A DNA stretch of 64,000 bases from Camelus dromedarius (taxonomy: Eukaryota), in the NCBI RefSeq assembly GCF_036321535.1, contig NC_087450.1, positions 48,050,001-48,114,000 on the forward strand, read 5' to 3'. Of this stretch, positions 1 to 12,879 are shown in pieces. The notes under the pieces are model-generated. The model saw nothing but the letters and a program-made list of their open reading frames with translations, ran no database searches and had not been told where the DNA came from. Every line of letters begins with the position of its first letter. Positions within the stretch are counted from its first letter, which is position 1. The position numbers and the translations under genes are program-made.

Positions 1-1114
1 CAGGGTGAAAAATGCAAGGCCTCCCCGGACCCACCCCAGGGTCCAGCCCTGAAGGCAAGGGCTCCTAACAGATTTCCTGGTCCGCCTCACCAGTCCAGGC
101 CCTGCTCCTGGGGGAAGGTGTTCCTTAGTGAGGAGCTGGTGTTCAGCATCTGAAGTGGATACAAAATGTGTGGGTAGTGGGGCCAGGTGTAGGTGCCAGC
201 CTAGACCTGGGGCCCCATTTCAAATCCTTTGGACTAGCTCAGAAGCCACGGAAGCTCTGGAACATTCACAGGCTAATGCCGGCAGAGTGACCTGAGGTGC
301 GGTTTCATTGTTAGTCCCTTTCCTTAAATACCCCAGTGAACTGGACACAGCCATTGCTGTCACATTTCACGCCTGCTCTGAAAGAGCTCTCCCCTTCCAT
401 CTCACCTTGTCCAGTCAGGACGGACCACCGTCTTCCTGTGAATATCCTTCAGGCCCAGCCATCACCGGTAACTCACTCAGCAGGGCCCGTGTGCCGGGCT
501 GGGGTCGCTCGTCCTAGCCCCGCTACTTAGCTGCTGGCAGCTTCCACCAAGACCTGCTGCAGCTCCAGGGTCTGAACCCAACCAAGCAGCCTCTACCAGG
601 CCCTGCAGGCTTGGGGGAGAGGGAAGTCAGGGATGTGACCGCCCAGATCAGAAACCAGGGCAGTGAAGTCTGACCTCTGCTTCCGCTCCCCAGGTGGCAT
701 CAATCTCTGTAACAGATGGCTTTAGGGTGTCATCTTTATCTTTAAAGGGAGACAGGGAACCTGCTTTCTCCACTGCCAGCTAAACCTGCGTATATTTCCT
801 AAGTTTTGGCTCATCCAAAGCTTTGGGGGAGACACAGTCCAGCAGACTCTGGACCAGTGGGTCAACTGGCTCAGGGGAGTTGGGGAGGGTCCTACATTTA
901 AGGACCAGCAGTGGTCATGGCAACAATAGCATGGCCTTCTGGGGCCACAGAGCTTACCCTTCACAAGGCTCTTCAGAAGCACCACATCGTTTCCTTCTTA
1001 TAACATCCCAGTGGTGTAGGCAGAGATGTGCTGGCATTGGGGACAATGGAGAGGAAAGGATGAAGATGGGGGCTGGGATAGTAGCCTAAGTGCCCCCTAC
1101 CCAAGTGCAGCCTT

Positions 1115-1245
1115 TCTGCAGCATGGGTGCCACCTGGAGGCTTGTTAGAATGCAAATTCCAGGACCCGCCCCAGCACTACTGAGTCAGAATCTGCGTTTT
1201 TCACAAGACCACCCAGAAGGACTTGAATGCAGGTAGAGCCTGAGA
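1115..1245 (+). mobile_element. MER5A/MER5B-like hAT-Charlie DNA transposon fragment
   Basis: cacctggaggcttgttagaatgcaaattcc...ctactgagtcagaatctgcgtttttcacaag resembles the MER5A core. Confidence 0.75.
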
Positions 1246-2090
1246 CATGCCAGCCTAATAACTGCCCGCTAGCAGGACCAGAATCGGCCCTAGGACCCAG
1301 GCATTCTGATGCTCCGGCAGCGCCCGCCGCTGCACTGTGGTCCTCAGATGGCCCTGGGGGGCAGAGGTGTTTTGGAGAAAAGCCATAGTCCGTAATTACA
1401 GGGCTTAATACATGACCTAAAAAGACAAATGTTGCGAAATGCTTTTCTGATGATAGGTTTCCAGAAAAATGCCACCGATTCCTTTCCTGGGCACAATTTC
1501 TCACGGAAAAAGCAATCTCCCTGCCTCAGAAAGGTGGTATCCAGCGCCTGTGTTAGAGGAACAATATTAAAAGAACAAGCCTCCCTTCCTCTCCTTCCCC
1601 ACGTACACCTCTGCTCTGAGACATTCTGGCTGTGGGTTTTGATGTAGTGATTTTTTTTTCCCTAAAAGGCATATATGATTCAGAGACTTTTCTCATGGGA
1701 CTAATTGACTAGGCATTTGTGCTATTGCTACTGGTGTAAATCATTATAATGGTGATAATGAAATATAAAAAAGATATTGGAAATGACAACTGGCAGCATA
1801 AACTGAGCGAAGAAGGGAGGCGTGTCTAAATTAGGGGCTCATAAACATCAGGATGGATGAGGCAGGTATGACGGGCGGGTTTGGTTTGATGGCACTGAGG
1901 ACAATTATTCGGAGTCATCAGGACGAGTAACCATCTTCGCTCCTTCTGACTCCTAGTTCTTGGTGGCTCCGTGGAGAATGGAAACACTCAGCCGTCTTTC
2001 CCACGATCCTGCAAACACACGATGGCAGAATTGGGAGCTAGACTTTGCAGTTACCTCCCTTCTCCAAGTGGGCCTCCGTCTCTCTCGCAG

Positions 2091-2437
2091 GTCGCCTCCG
2101 GCACGCCTGATTATTCCGAATCTTGCAGAACTGACTAATTCAACGAGATCCCTCTTCACAGCAAATGGTGTTCATCAATGACCCAAGTTGATGGATGAAT
2201 CCCACTCGGTGCCTGGAGCCAGACCCAGCAGCAAGAGTTGCAAAGAAAGACGAATACATGCTCTCTATTTAGCTACNNNNNNNNNNNNNNNNNNNNNNNN
2301 NNNNNNNNNNNNNNNNNNNNNNNNNNNNNNNNNNNNNNNNNNNNNNNNNNNNNNNNNNNNNNNNNNNNNNNNNNNNNNNNNNNNNNNNNNNNNNNNNNNN
2401 NNNNNNNNNNNNNNNNACTGCTTTTTCACTTCACCGA
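2091..2437 (+). other. Candidate exon (non-coding or terminal); alternative acceptor at 2272 gives a 165-nt exon
   Basis: Acceptor ctccgtctctctcgcag|G at 2090, second acceptor ctctctatttag| at 2272, donor CGA|GTAAGT at 2437/2438; brackets N-run 2277-2416. Confidence 0.35.
2277..2416. other. N-run, 140 nt
   Basis: Counted directly. Confidence 0.95.
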
Positions 2438-3463
2438 GTAAGTAGCGTCTAGGCTGATGGCTGCAGAATTGCTCCGAGGGCTGGGGACATTAAAATCCCT
2501 GTCCAGAGTGAATGCAGAACCAACAGCCACTTCAGCAGCAGGATTTGTGCAACCTTCACCGCCGCTGGTGTGAGCACGCTGCTCTCCTGTTTCCATCTCT
2601 GGGGGCTCCTGCTTACCCAGCATCCCTCGCCAAGGAATCAGGAAGTAGCTGGCCTCCTTTTCTGGGGCTCCTCCTCCATGAGACAGGACTCTGTGCCCCC
2701 TTTTCCCTCCCAAGCAACCCTCTAGACATGCCCTTGATTAATCCCTGTTCTGCCTTTTCCTTGTCAAATCATAGCACATTTACTGACCACCTCTTGCCCT
2801 GTTAGGCCTGGCTCTGTGCAAGCTCCTGAGCGCAGGCAAGGATGGGGCAAGGCTCCTGCTTTGGGGAAAAGTAGGGCTGGTCAAGAGGAAAGCACACAGT
2901 AGGGATACAGAAAAGTACGAACGTGCCTGGGCTCAAGGGCGGGAGTGCCTGGTCAGGGCAGGTCAGGGTTGCCCTGGAGCCCAGGGCAGGCAGCTTCCTG
3001 GGGTGTCATTCATTCCAGGGAACAGACTGTACTGGAGCTAGGACACTGTGAGGGCGGGCACGTGGGAGAGGAAATAAATGTAGCGTGCCCAAGGATGGAA
3101 GTCGCAGCTTTGCCTGCCGTGAATCTGGCCTGCTGAGCTTACCCCATACGTGGACTATAACACCCCTCCCCAACAGAGAGGCCCCTAAAAAGCCTTCCCT
3201 TTAGCTTTAGGAGACGAGGGTCCACAATGCTCACTGGTGTTTCCTCCACGATCAGCAGGAGAGGGGAGGACTGTTTTGGGTCACTTGGGAGAGAACTGTG
3301 CCCTGGTCCTGGCCACGGACCCCTTGTCTTGGCCACTCTCTTGCTGACCTCTCTACCAGGGGCCTGGCTTGTCTCAGACCTCAGAGCCTCCTCCACCTTC
3401 ATTTTGGGAGCTGCTGCCCTATCTTGATCTATTTGCTTCAGATTTTCACTATCTTTATTCTAG

Positions 3464-3720
3464 GTCTGTACTTTTAATTTAATTTAATTAAAAAAAAAAA
3501 ACAAACCCAAANNNNNNNNNNNNNNNNNNNNNNNNNNNNNNNNNNNNNNNNNNNNNNNNNNNNNNNNNNNNNNNNNNNNNNNNNNNNNNNNNNNNNNNNN
3601 NNNNNNNNNNNNNNNNNNNNNNNNNNNNNNNNNNNNNNNNNNNNNNNNNNNNNNNNNNNNNNNNNNNNNNNNNNNNNNNNNNNNNNNNNNNNNNNNNNNN
3701 NNNNNNNNNNNNNNNNNGGC
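3464..3720 (+). other. Candidate downstream exon (3' end undefined)
   Basis: Acceptor gattttcactatctttattctag|G at 3463, then AT-rich sequence and N-run 3512-3717. Confidence 0.25.
3512..3717. other. N-run, 206 nt
   Basis: Counted directly. Confidence 0.95.
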
Positions 3721-4496
3721 TGCCACTTCCACCCTGTCGGGCAGCCTGGGGCTGCTGGCCTCCTGCCCACCAGCAGCAAGGACCACCATGTGCCCTCTGG
3801 GGTCCCCCGCCCTGGGTTTGTCCTGCTTCTAACTCTGGTTTGACCTTCACCGTGACCCCCAGGGCTAAGGGTAGGGAAGCTGATGAATGTAGGTTGCCCA
3901 CTGGCTGTTCCCTACCCCTCAGGTCCCTGCAGACTGTATCCTCATAATGATGGACTCTCAGAGCCACTCTGGAGTCAGCCACTCGCCTCAACAACATTTG
4001 TTACCCGAGGCACCGAACACTGGGGCTCCAACAAAGGAAGGGCCACGTGGCTCAGAGAGGCTGCTCTCAGGGCTAGTTTTTACTCAAAAAACGATGATTG
4101 CCGCCACCTGGATAGCTGAGTTACACTGTGACAATAAGCAGCCCCCAGTCTCACAGCTCAAACTACATCGTGTGCTCTTTGCTCATGCTACCCGCTCACC
4201 ACTGGACACCTGGGAGCCCTGCTCCAGGTCATCCTTCTTTAGGACTCAGGCTGACAGAGTGCCCTGCACCTGCACTCTGCTGGCCACGGGGACAAAGGGA
4301 AAGAGGGTTTGAGGAATCAACACACTGGCTCTTAAAGCTGTCCCTTAGAAGGGACCTGTGTCCTCTCTGCTCTCAGGTCATTGGCCAAAGCAAGCCACGT
4401 GGCTGTGTCTAACTTCAAGGGGGTGCAGGAGTGCCACCCTATCATATGCCCAGAAGGAGAAAGGATTTTGGGAAAGAGACAGTGAGGGAAGGGTGG

Positions 4497-4536
4497 GCGT
4501 GTGTGCGCGTGTGTGCGCACGCGCACGCATGTGTGT
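4497..4536. repeat. 40-nt alternating purine/pyrimidine tract (TG/CG/CA), Z-DNA-prone, containing an NRF1-type motif
   Basis: gcgtgtgtgcgcgtgtgtgcgcacgcgcacgcatgtgtgt; TGCGCACGCGCA at 4514-4525. Confidence 0.8.
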
Positions 4537-5198
4537 TCAAGTGCGTGTGTGTATGGAGTGCCGGGGCTGAGCTGAGCCCTCCTCCTCTGAACACTGCAGT
4601 GTCCCTGAATCCCTCCCTCACCGTCAGCCACAGTCACTTGACACACTATGATTTTTGTCTCTCCAGCCCAGAAGGCTGGCATTTCCCTGAGCTCAGAGCC
4701 TGCCTTCTCCTCATCTCACCATCCCAAAGCTTGCTCTAGGCTGGGCAGTGTATGAGCCCAGTAATATTTACTGGGCTGAACTGTCCCATGAACTGGGATG
4801 TGAATGACAAGGATGTGGCAGGTACAAAGGTCCTCAGATCACTTTCTTCTCCCAATGGGGTATCTCCACCTCTGCATGGCTTGAGGCCTTACTCTGTGCC
4901 ACCTCTTTCTGGAAGCCTTCCCGGACCACTCAGATGGCAACCACGGCTGCTCTGGGTCTCACCCTGTACTCAGCACTGCTCTCTTTTTATTACAGATCCT
5001 ATGAAATGATAGTCATGTAACAGGTTTATTAAATAGGCTGAACTCAGTGGGATATTAGCAGCAAACAGATTTCTTTTTCTCCCACTACTTCCCTTCAAAC
5101 CTACCCTGTTGGACCCAAACAGCTTTCTGGGTGTCACTCGGGTACTACTTCTATGATGACTGCTGCTGCCGCCACTGTTACTACCGAGTGCTGACGCA

Positions 5199-5365
5199 CT
5201 GAGCATTTACTGCGTGCCTGGCACCGCACTGAGGGCTGCCCACGCGTCAGCTCTCTTTATCCTCAGAACAAACCTAGGAGGAGGGTGCTTGTAGAAACTG
5301 AAACATGGAGAGGTTCAAGTAACTTACACGTTTAAGTAACCTACGTGGTCACACAGCTGAGTCAT
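5199..5365 (-). mobile_element. MIR SINE
   Basis: tgagcatttactgcgtgcctggcac...gaaactgaaacatggagaggttcaagtaactt...ggtcacacagct matches reverse-complement MIR. Confidence 0.7.
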
Positions 5366-7429
5366 TGGCAAGGTCCACTCTAAAAACAGTCTTATCCTCG
5401 GCTTCTCCATAGACAAGTCCAATCTTTTATTGGAATTTTGATCTCATATCCAGTTCAAAGCTTCTCCCCTCAGCCCAGCCCCCATTGACTCAGGCTCAGA
5501 ATCCCATAATCGGGGGGAGGGGGGACATGTGACACTCCAAGTGCTGCCTCCTTCCCACTCACTAACTGCTGCTTCTGGCTTCCTCAGAGTGGCCAGAAGG
5601 GAGGCTGAGAGGACAGAGGCAAGGTGTGACCAGAACGCTGCAAGTCTGGGGCAGTGGCCTCCGGGTGGCAGAGATCCAGTGGGCACCACCGGGGTTCTTT
5701 GCTGGAGCTGCCAAATGGTCAGGCTGTGCTCAGGTGCTCCCTGCAGAGCTCTGACAGCTCACGTGCTGCCAGGCTGTCCACAGCTCAAGTCTGACTCCCT
5801 CATGCAGTGTCCACTCTAGAAGTGTCATGGTGACCGGCCACCTCTGGTCGTGCAGAGTCAGGTACAGTGCTGGTGCCTGGTCACATCTTCCCAAATGCTC
5901 TGGTCTCAGAGGGCACCAGGTCCCACGGAGGAAAGTCTTGAGTTGATGGCGGGTGGGGGCATGTCCCCAGAAATGGGGGGAGACACCCTGCACTCCTTCC
6001 TCAGACAGCGCACTTCTCGGGAAGGATGGTCCTTGTAGTCATCACAAGGCTTTTCTAACTTCTGGGCTGTGGGAGGTAGGAGAAGGGTCCTACCCAGCTT
6101 CTGTTTTATTGTGGGGGTCCTGAGCACCTTTCAGCCTCATCGGAGACTCCAAGACAACAGGAACGGTCAAACCTAACATCTCGTGAAAGCTGATTCAGTC
6201 CTTCTCCAGCTCAGTTCTTGTCTCCAAAAGGAAGCTGTCTTGATAATGCTGGGTTGCTCTGCTCCTCACACTTCGGCCCCGCTCCCCTCCAGCCCTTGCT
6301 CTGCAAGGCCCCATGTGCCTGGTCACACACTGAGTTCTGAAAACACTCAGCACTGCCATTCCCCATTGGCTGCCTGGGTGGAAACCCTACTTACAGCCGT
6401 CAGTCACATCATTTGTCCCCAGTCACATCTGTGCAGACCCCAGCTGCACAGGGCTCAGTCCCAGGGTCTACTGAGGGCAAGGGAGTGGGCATCACAAGGA
6501 CAATTGGGGACGGGAGAGTCGGGGCCACTGAATGGGTGTTGGAGAGTTGTCTGCAGGCTAGATCTCAGCTGCAGCAGCCCCTGGGAGAGGGAGGGAGACG
6601 ACCATCTGTTCTCAGCTCTGCCCAGTCCAGTCTGCACGGACAGGCAGTCCGTTGACAGTGGGCTGGCCTGCAGTGGGCCCCCAGAGCAGGGCTGACTCCC
6701 CACTGTCTGGGGTTCAACAAAAGATGCTACAGAAGTCTGGGCTTGGATGGGGAGGGAGGGAGTGCCTGCCTGAGGTTGGGGGATTCTGGTGTCAGATACC
6801 AGCCTGACACTATCAGGACGGACTTGTGGGGCCAGAATAAAAGCAGCTCAGTACTGCTCAAGCCAAGTCTTCCTGGCTTCCCAGAAAATCACCTGCCCCC
6901 AGGAGCAGCGTGCTCACCTCACAGCCTCCTGGGCTGCTCACCTATGGGAAGTGCCTGGTGAATCTCACTGTGAAGTCAGAGACAGAGGCTGACACCCCCT
7001 GTGCTTGCATGGGTGTCACTCTTTATACCCCTGAGGCTTTGCTGGCATCAGCCTCCTGAGCTGGGGACCCCTCTCTGTTGTGTGGAGCCCTCCTCACTCA
7101 GCCTCAAGGACACAGCGGGGAGGAGGGCAAGCAGCGCCTGCAGTCTGCCTGTCGCTCTGAAAGCCACTTTAACTGTGTCAGTCATGGCACGGCCTTTGTT
7201 TTATAGGGGGAAACTGAGGCTCTGAGATGAGATGGCTGGCTCAGGGCCACAAAGGGAGGAAGTGGTGGTGCCAAGAAGAAAGCTCTTGTTTTTGGCTTTA
7301 AGGCCCATGCTCTTTCCACATCCCCTCTGGACCTCACATCTAGACACAAGCTCTGTGAGGCCTGGCCCTGTTGATCCTCTGCCTCAAACTCACCATGTTT
7401 CTCATATGCCCCACCCCCTTGACTGACAG

Positions 7430-8068
7430 CTGTGAATTACCTCCTGATTCCAATCACTCCTCCCCATCTCCATCCTGGCCACCCTGGTTTGAGCCGCTGT
7501 CACCTCTCACCCGCATTTCTGCCGGAGCCTCCTAGCTCCACTGCTTCCTTCATCTCTTGCCCTCATTCAGTGTATTCTCCACACAGCAGCTGCAGTGATC
7601 CTGCTAAAACCTGAGTCAGACCAGTTTTCTCTTCTGCCCAAGTCCCTGCAGTGGCCCCCATCTCAACCTGGGGAAAAGCCAAACCCTTACAAAAGTCCAT
7701 AAGGCCTGGGGCCTCCTTCTCTCCTGCTTTATCTCCCCTCCACCCCCAACAACTCTGCTGTGGCACCCTGGGATCCTTGCAACTCTGCCGGTACTTTTGG
7801 CCCCTCCTACCCCAGGACCTTTGTACCTGCTGCCCCCTGCCTGCTCCACTCTTCCCTAGGCACCCCCATGACTAGTTCCCTGCTTCCCTTCAGGTCTCTT
7901 CTTAAATGCTACCTTCTCAGTGAGACCTTCTCTGACCATCTTATTTTCACATACCAAGCTCTTTCCCTGTTCTATTTTTCATAGCTCTTATTGCCTCCTT
8001 TTAGACCACATAATTTACTTAGATTTCTCTGTCTCTCCCACACTGGAATGTAAGTTTTATAAAGGCAG
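7430..8068 (+). mobile_element. L2 LINE 3' region
   Basis: ctccacacagcagctgcagtgatcctgctaaaac...aaatgctaccttctcagtgagaccttctctgacc...ctcccacactggaatgtaag is typical of L2 3' sequence. Confidence 0.75.
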
Positions 8069-8124
8069 CGCCTTACAGATATTGATTCATTTACTCCACA
8101 AAACAATCAGCTATTACAATAGCT

Positions 8125-8226
8125 ATCACCATTTTCCAGGTCAAGCAACGTGCCCAAAGTCACCCAGCTAGGAAGTGGCAGAGCCAGGATTCAAACCCAG
8201 GCAGTGTGGCTCTCAACCACCATGCT
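8125..8226 (-). mobile_element. MIR SINE fragment
   Basis: cccaaagtcacccagctaggaagtggcagagccaggattcaaacccaggcag. Confidence 0.75.
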
Positions 8227-10439
8227 CTCCCACTGCCAGTTCTATTCACTGCTGGATCTTGGCTCAGACCACACCTAGCCTTTTATAGATGTTCACCGAA
8301 GAATGAATGAATGGGAACGCTGCAGTCCCATGTCAGTGTGGCTCCCACAGATGGAGAGATCCTGGATGGAGGACTCCTGTTGTCCCCTCCCATGCTGCCC
8401 CACCCAGCAGGCCGCCCACACCCGACGGGGGCTGGGTCGGTCAAGGTCAGTTAAGAGAATGAATCTGTCCTGAATCTTAAAGTGGTTCCGTCTGCCCGTG
8501 GCCACAAGGACGAGACAGGCAGGCTGGTTGGACAAATCCTCTTTGTCAGAACTATGGTCTAGACCACACATGATGCAGCCTGGGCCCCACTCCTCTCCCC
8601 TGTCCAGTGCCCTCACAGGGCCCTGGAGAGTCTGCTGGGTGGGTCTCAGAGCCACATCTTGGGTGGGGCTCCTAGCTCCAAGCTTCCTATTCATAACACA
8701 TGGGCACCGGGAGCACTGGGAAGGAACAGCCAGCGCTCCCCCAGCGGCAGGCACATCCACGATGCAATTCCTTCGAGGAAAATTACTCGGGCAGCCATTT
8801 ATTAAAAGACAACTGCTCCCGAGGAGGCCTTTGGGCAGTGGAAATGCCAAATAGCTTTGAAGAGCTGGCCATCCCCAAACCGATGAAGCAGGCTTCCAGG
8901 CACTATCTGACTTTTAATCTGCCTGCTCTTTCCCCATCTGGAAGGTCTAATGAAATGTTACACCGCAAGGAAACAAGGAAATAAGTAGCTTCAGAGGTGA
9001 GGGACACGTATTTAATTTCTTGCCTTGGTCTGCTATTTGCATAAACCTCAAGGGAATAACTGGTAGAGGAAAGAGAAGAAAAATAACAGTATCTGCGAGG
9101 CTCTGGGGCCGGCCGGGAGCTGCATGAGCCACCGCACCTTGCATTTAACCCTCTCGGCTGACTGGGGGGGAGTGTCTTGCTGGTGTCTCTGTGACAGAGG
9201 CCATTGGTAACTCCCCAGGTCTGTGCCCCCCTCTTTCTTGGGGTCCACGGTGGGACAACACCCCCTTATCTCGCATGATTCTAGCTGGGGCCGTGTGAGT
9301 GATGTGGCCCCCCCAGGCTGCAGGGTTACGAGTGCAGCTGTCTCTCTCCCCATCTCATCCGTCGTCCTCTGCAGGAGTCAGGGACACACGGTGGAAGGAG
9401 ACTTGCTTTGGGTTGGGGATCCTAATCTTGAGGCTGAATCCCTGAGGGTACAGGCAGGAGATCATCCCTGCGGGATGGTCCCAACCTTGCCTCCACCCTG
9501 GGGCGAGAAGTCAGGCTTCCCAGGGACTGGCTTCTTCCAAATGCCTGACTAGCTCTGGGCGTGGCACTTACTTTGTAGGAAAGGGCAACTCCAGAAAGCA
9601 AGACTCAGCAAATCAACTAGTCAAACCCTGAGAGTGTGCCACCCCATCAGAGCGCAGGTGCCACATGGAAACAGAACAAGATCAGGATGGCGGGGTGAGG
9701 GGTGGGGGAGCCTCCCCGGCAGACCTGGCTAAAGCCAACTGACCCTGTCATTGGCAGGAGTGTCCTTGGATACACGTGCCTCCAGACAGACAGCTCTACT
9801 GAGGCTGAAATACGTCCTCTAGACGACGAGTGAATTTTTGTTTCTTAATGAACACGTGCACAGAAAAAGATGTGATTGAAGAAAGGATGGAAAAAGGACG
9901 AACTAACTGGGGAAGAAATACGATTGCTGAACTCTGAGAGGCTATTTTAAACCAGAGATTAAAGGGATGGAAATTAAAACAGAGCAAAACAAAACACCGC
10001 CTGGCCCTGGCTGCCTGACGGAGGCCTTTAGTCTCCTTAACGCTGCTTCCTAAGGCCACCAGCATGGCGACATTGTTGACAACACACGGCCCACACCTCA
10101 GCCAGTCCCAGGAGTGCTATTTACTTCTCAGGATTAATTCTTCAGTTTACCCGACAGTTCCTGCAGCCGTGCCAGAAACCCAGAAACAAGAGCTTCTGGT
10201 TGGAAGACACACCTGCTGTTTCCCAGAAGCTGGACTTTGGGCCAAACCCCACACATCCTTTTGCACAAGAAGAAGGCACCAGCTCTGTTGAAGTCCATTG
10301 GGAGTACCAATTATGTGGGTTTTTTGGCTTGGACTTTCTTAAAAAAACATGTTGTCCAGGAAAAACTCCAATTTTTTTTTCTTTCCGTGTAGGGGAAGGC
10401 CCAGTCTTCCCTACTGTGGGTCTTTATCCTGTGGGTCTC

Positions 10440-11215
10440 CTTTATTTTTACATAGAAGGCTTACTTCTGACCCTCCTGGTCACCAAATGTGTGTGGGGTT
10501 TCCCCACAACAAGAAGCAAGTCTCCAAAAGCAGCTGCAATTCAACTCAGTTCTGACCCTTTCTACCTGGAGACAGCATTCGGTCCCATGGGTCAAGCTCC
10601 GTCCTATGAGACTAACCTCCTTACCCCCAGGTCAGATGCCAGTTGCAAGTCCAGGCTGTCACTTGTGCTTCTGACCAACTGGCTTATGGATGGAGGTTCC
10701 CAAGAACCCCTGCTCAGGTTCGATTAATTTTCTAGAGCAGCCCACAGAACTCAGGCAAACACTTACACTCACCGTTTATTAAAGGATATGACGAAGGATA
10801 CAGATGACCAGTCAGATGAAGAGGTACACTGGGTGAGGTCTGGGAGGGTCCACCCCCGTGGAGTTGGGGTGCATCCCCCTCCTGGTGTGGATGTGCCTGC
10901 CCACCTGGAAGCTCCCAAACCCTGTACTGATGGGATTTTATGCCTTCACCATGTAGGCATGGTCAATTATCAACTCCATCTTCTGCCCCTCACCCTTCTT
11001 AAGAGAGTAAGGGGTGGGGCTGAGAATTCCAAGCTTCTACTCATGGCTTGGTCTTCCTAGTGGCCCGCCCTCATCCATCATCTAGGAGCCATATGGGAGC
11101 CCACCCAGAGTTGCCTCTCTAAAACAAAAGTCATTCTTATCACCCAGAAAATTACAAGGGTTTCAGGAGCTCTGTGCCAGGAACTGGGGGCAGAGACCAA
11201 TACATATTTTCATTT
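10440..11215. mobile_element. Solo LTR, MER21-like
   Basis: ctcctggtcaccaaatgtgtg...ttcgattaattttctagagcagcccacagaactcagg...ggatacagatgaccagtcagatgaagag...ccaggaactgggggcagagaccaatac matches remembered MER21-type consensus. Confidence 0.7.
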
Positions 11216-11778
11216 GTGAGGGGCTTGAGAATGCACAGTGAATGCACAGTGTCTGAGACCAGGAGTCTGGGGAGAGTTGCTGCCTCAGACACTGGAATGA
11301 CCTGTGTGGCTGGTCAGCTCCTGTCTTCCTGTCCCTCTAAAACAGAAGGTGCACAGAGCTGCTTCCAGACTTACAGCCCACCAGCCAGTCCTGGAAGCCA
11401 TGTCGTACTCTGCCAGGGACTGTGAGGGGTGTGGAGATGCCCTCGAGGATCCTTGGTCTGGCAGGGCTGGACCAATCCTCAAGGGGATCTTAGACCAGCA
11501 GACAGAGAGTGGTGCTTCTGCTGGGCATGAGTGTGAGCCCCTTGAGTTCTGGGACCTGGTTCTCTCCTCTTCCCTTCCCCACAGTGTTAGCTAAGTGTAT
11601 GTGCACCCATCCTTCCATCTATCCATTCATCCCTGCACTCACCCACCCCTTCATCCCTTGATTTATTTATCTGCCCATCAATGCATCAGCTAGTTGTTGA
11701 GCATCTGTTTAGATGCCTCACCAGACATCAGGAAGATTACAGGACAAGGTGAGAAAAGTTCTGAGCAGAATTCCATAG

Positions 11779-12302
11779 TGAAATCTGTTGTTGTCTGCTA
11801 TCCATTCCTTGCCGTCATGTGATAATAGAAGATCTCCCATGTGGAGCCCATCAGATATGGTTTGGGTGTTCTGACACACCATTTGGGTGAGCATGTGGCC
11901 AGGCGAGGCAAATCAGAGTATTCTATCCTTTAGGCCAAAACCCTGACTGATTCAGGGACCACGGACCAAACAGACCCAGCTCTCTTCGATCTATGAACTC
12001 AGAAATCAAGGTCTCTCTTCCCTTGGGATTGTGAACAGTGCAGATGTCGTGAGCTGGAACAGCTCCTGGCCACCTTTCCTGGTCACAAGGGGGAAGCCAT
12101 CTGCACAGTAGAGAGTGAGGCCAGCCACAGAGAGAAGCAGAGACAGGAGCCTGACAAGAGTTCTGATATTACAGAACTCCTCAGACTAGCTTGAATGGAA
12201 GCTGTTGCGAAACTTTCAGTTACAAGAGCTGACACCTTCCCTTTTTTGCTTAAATTTGGTTGAGTTGGGTGCTGTCTGCTGCAGTCAAACGAGTTCTAAT
12301 AT
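11779..12302 (+). mobile_element. Old MaLR LTR (MLT1J/K-like)
   Basis: gagtgaggccagccacagagagaagcagagac...ctttcagttacaagagctgacaccttcccttttttgcttaa...ttgagttggg...gttctaata. Confidence 0.6.
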
Positions 12303-12407
12303 GTTCTTACACACTCTCAGAAGAACTAAGTTCTGTGTGGCTTAAGATGAGGTTTGAGATGTAAGGAAACGTCTTTGTAACTCTTTGGGAAGATTCAGAG
12401 AGAAGGA

Positions 12408-12495
12408 GGGGTGAGAGTATAGCTCAGTGGTAGAGCGCATGCTTGGCATGCATGACATCCTGGGTTCAATCCCCAGTACATCCATTAAAAAAAAA
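12408..12495 (+). mobile_element. Camelid vic-1-type tRNA(Ala)-derived SINE
   Basis: A box TAGCTCAGTGG (12420-12430), B box GGTTCAATCCC, A tail, possible TSD agaagga on both sides. Confidence 0.8.
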
Positions 12496-12538
12496 AGAAG
12501 GAAAGAAATATACTCAAAAATGAAAGAACATTGTGAAC

Positions 12539-12727
12539 CAGCACTGTCCAACAGAACTTTCTGCAATGATAGAAATGTTCTATAAGCCATGTTATCCAAT
12601 ATGTAGCTACCAGCCACTGCTGAGTATTTGAAAATTGGCTGATATAATTGAGGAACTGAATTTTCAATTTTATTCAACTCTCATTTAAATAGTGTATCTG
12701 GCTAGTGGCTACTGTATGGGACAGTGA
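12539..12727 (+). mobile_element. MER3 hAT-Charlie MITE
   Basis: cagcactgtccaacagaactttctgcaatgatagaaatgttcta...gaggaactgaattttcaattttatt...ggctagtggctactgtatgggacagtg; near full length with terminal inverted repeats. Confidence 0.85.
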
Positions 12728-12879
12728 AAGTGCGGACAAAGTTCCCTGGTGAGAAAATGTGGGGAAGAGTGAGCACTTCTGAAGGACTAGGGGCAGACAT
12801 GAGGGAGATGGATTGGAGGTGGAAAACTGGAAACAGGGAGCTCATCTGGGACACTGATGCAAACAGCCCAGTGGAGGAC

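Noticed and set aside
4380-4399. ER-stress element (ATTGG...CCACG)
   Set aside because: Spacing and orientation fit neither CCAAT-N9-CCACG nor ATTGG-N-CCACG.
12408-12495. tRNA-Ala gene
   Set aside because: Has A and B boxes, but the acceptor stem is degenerate and an A tail with a possible TSD follows; a second diverged copy lies at 28198. It is a SINE.
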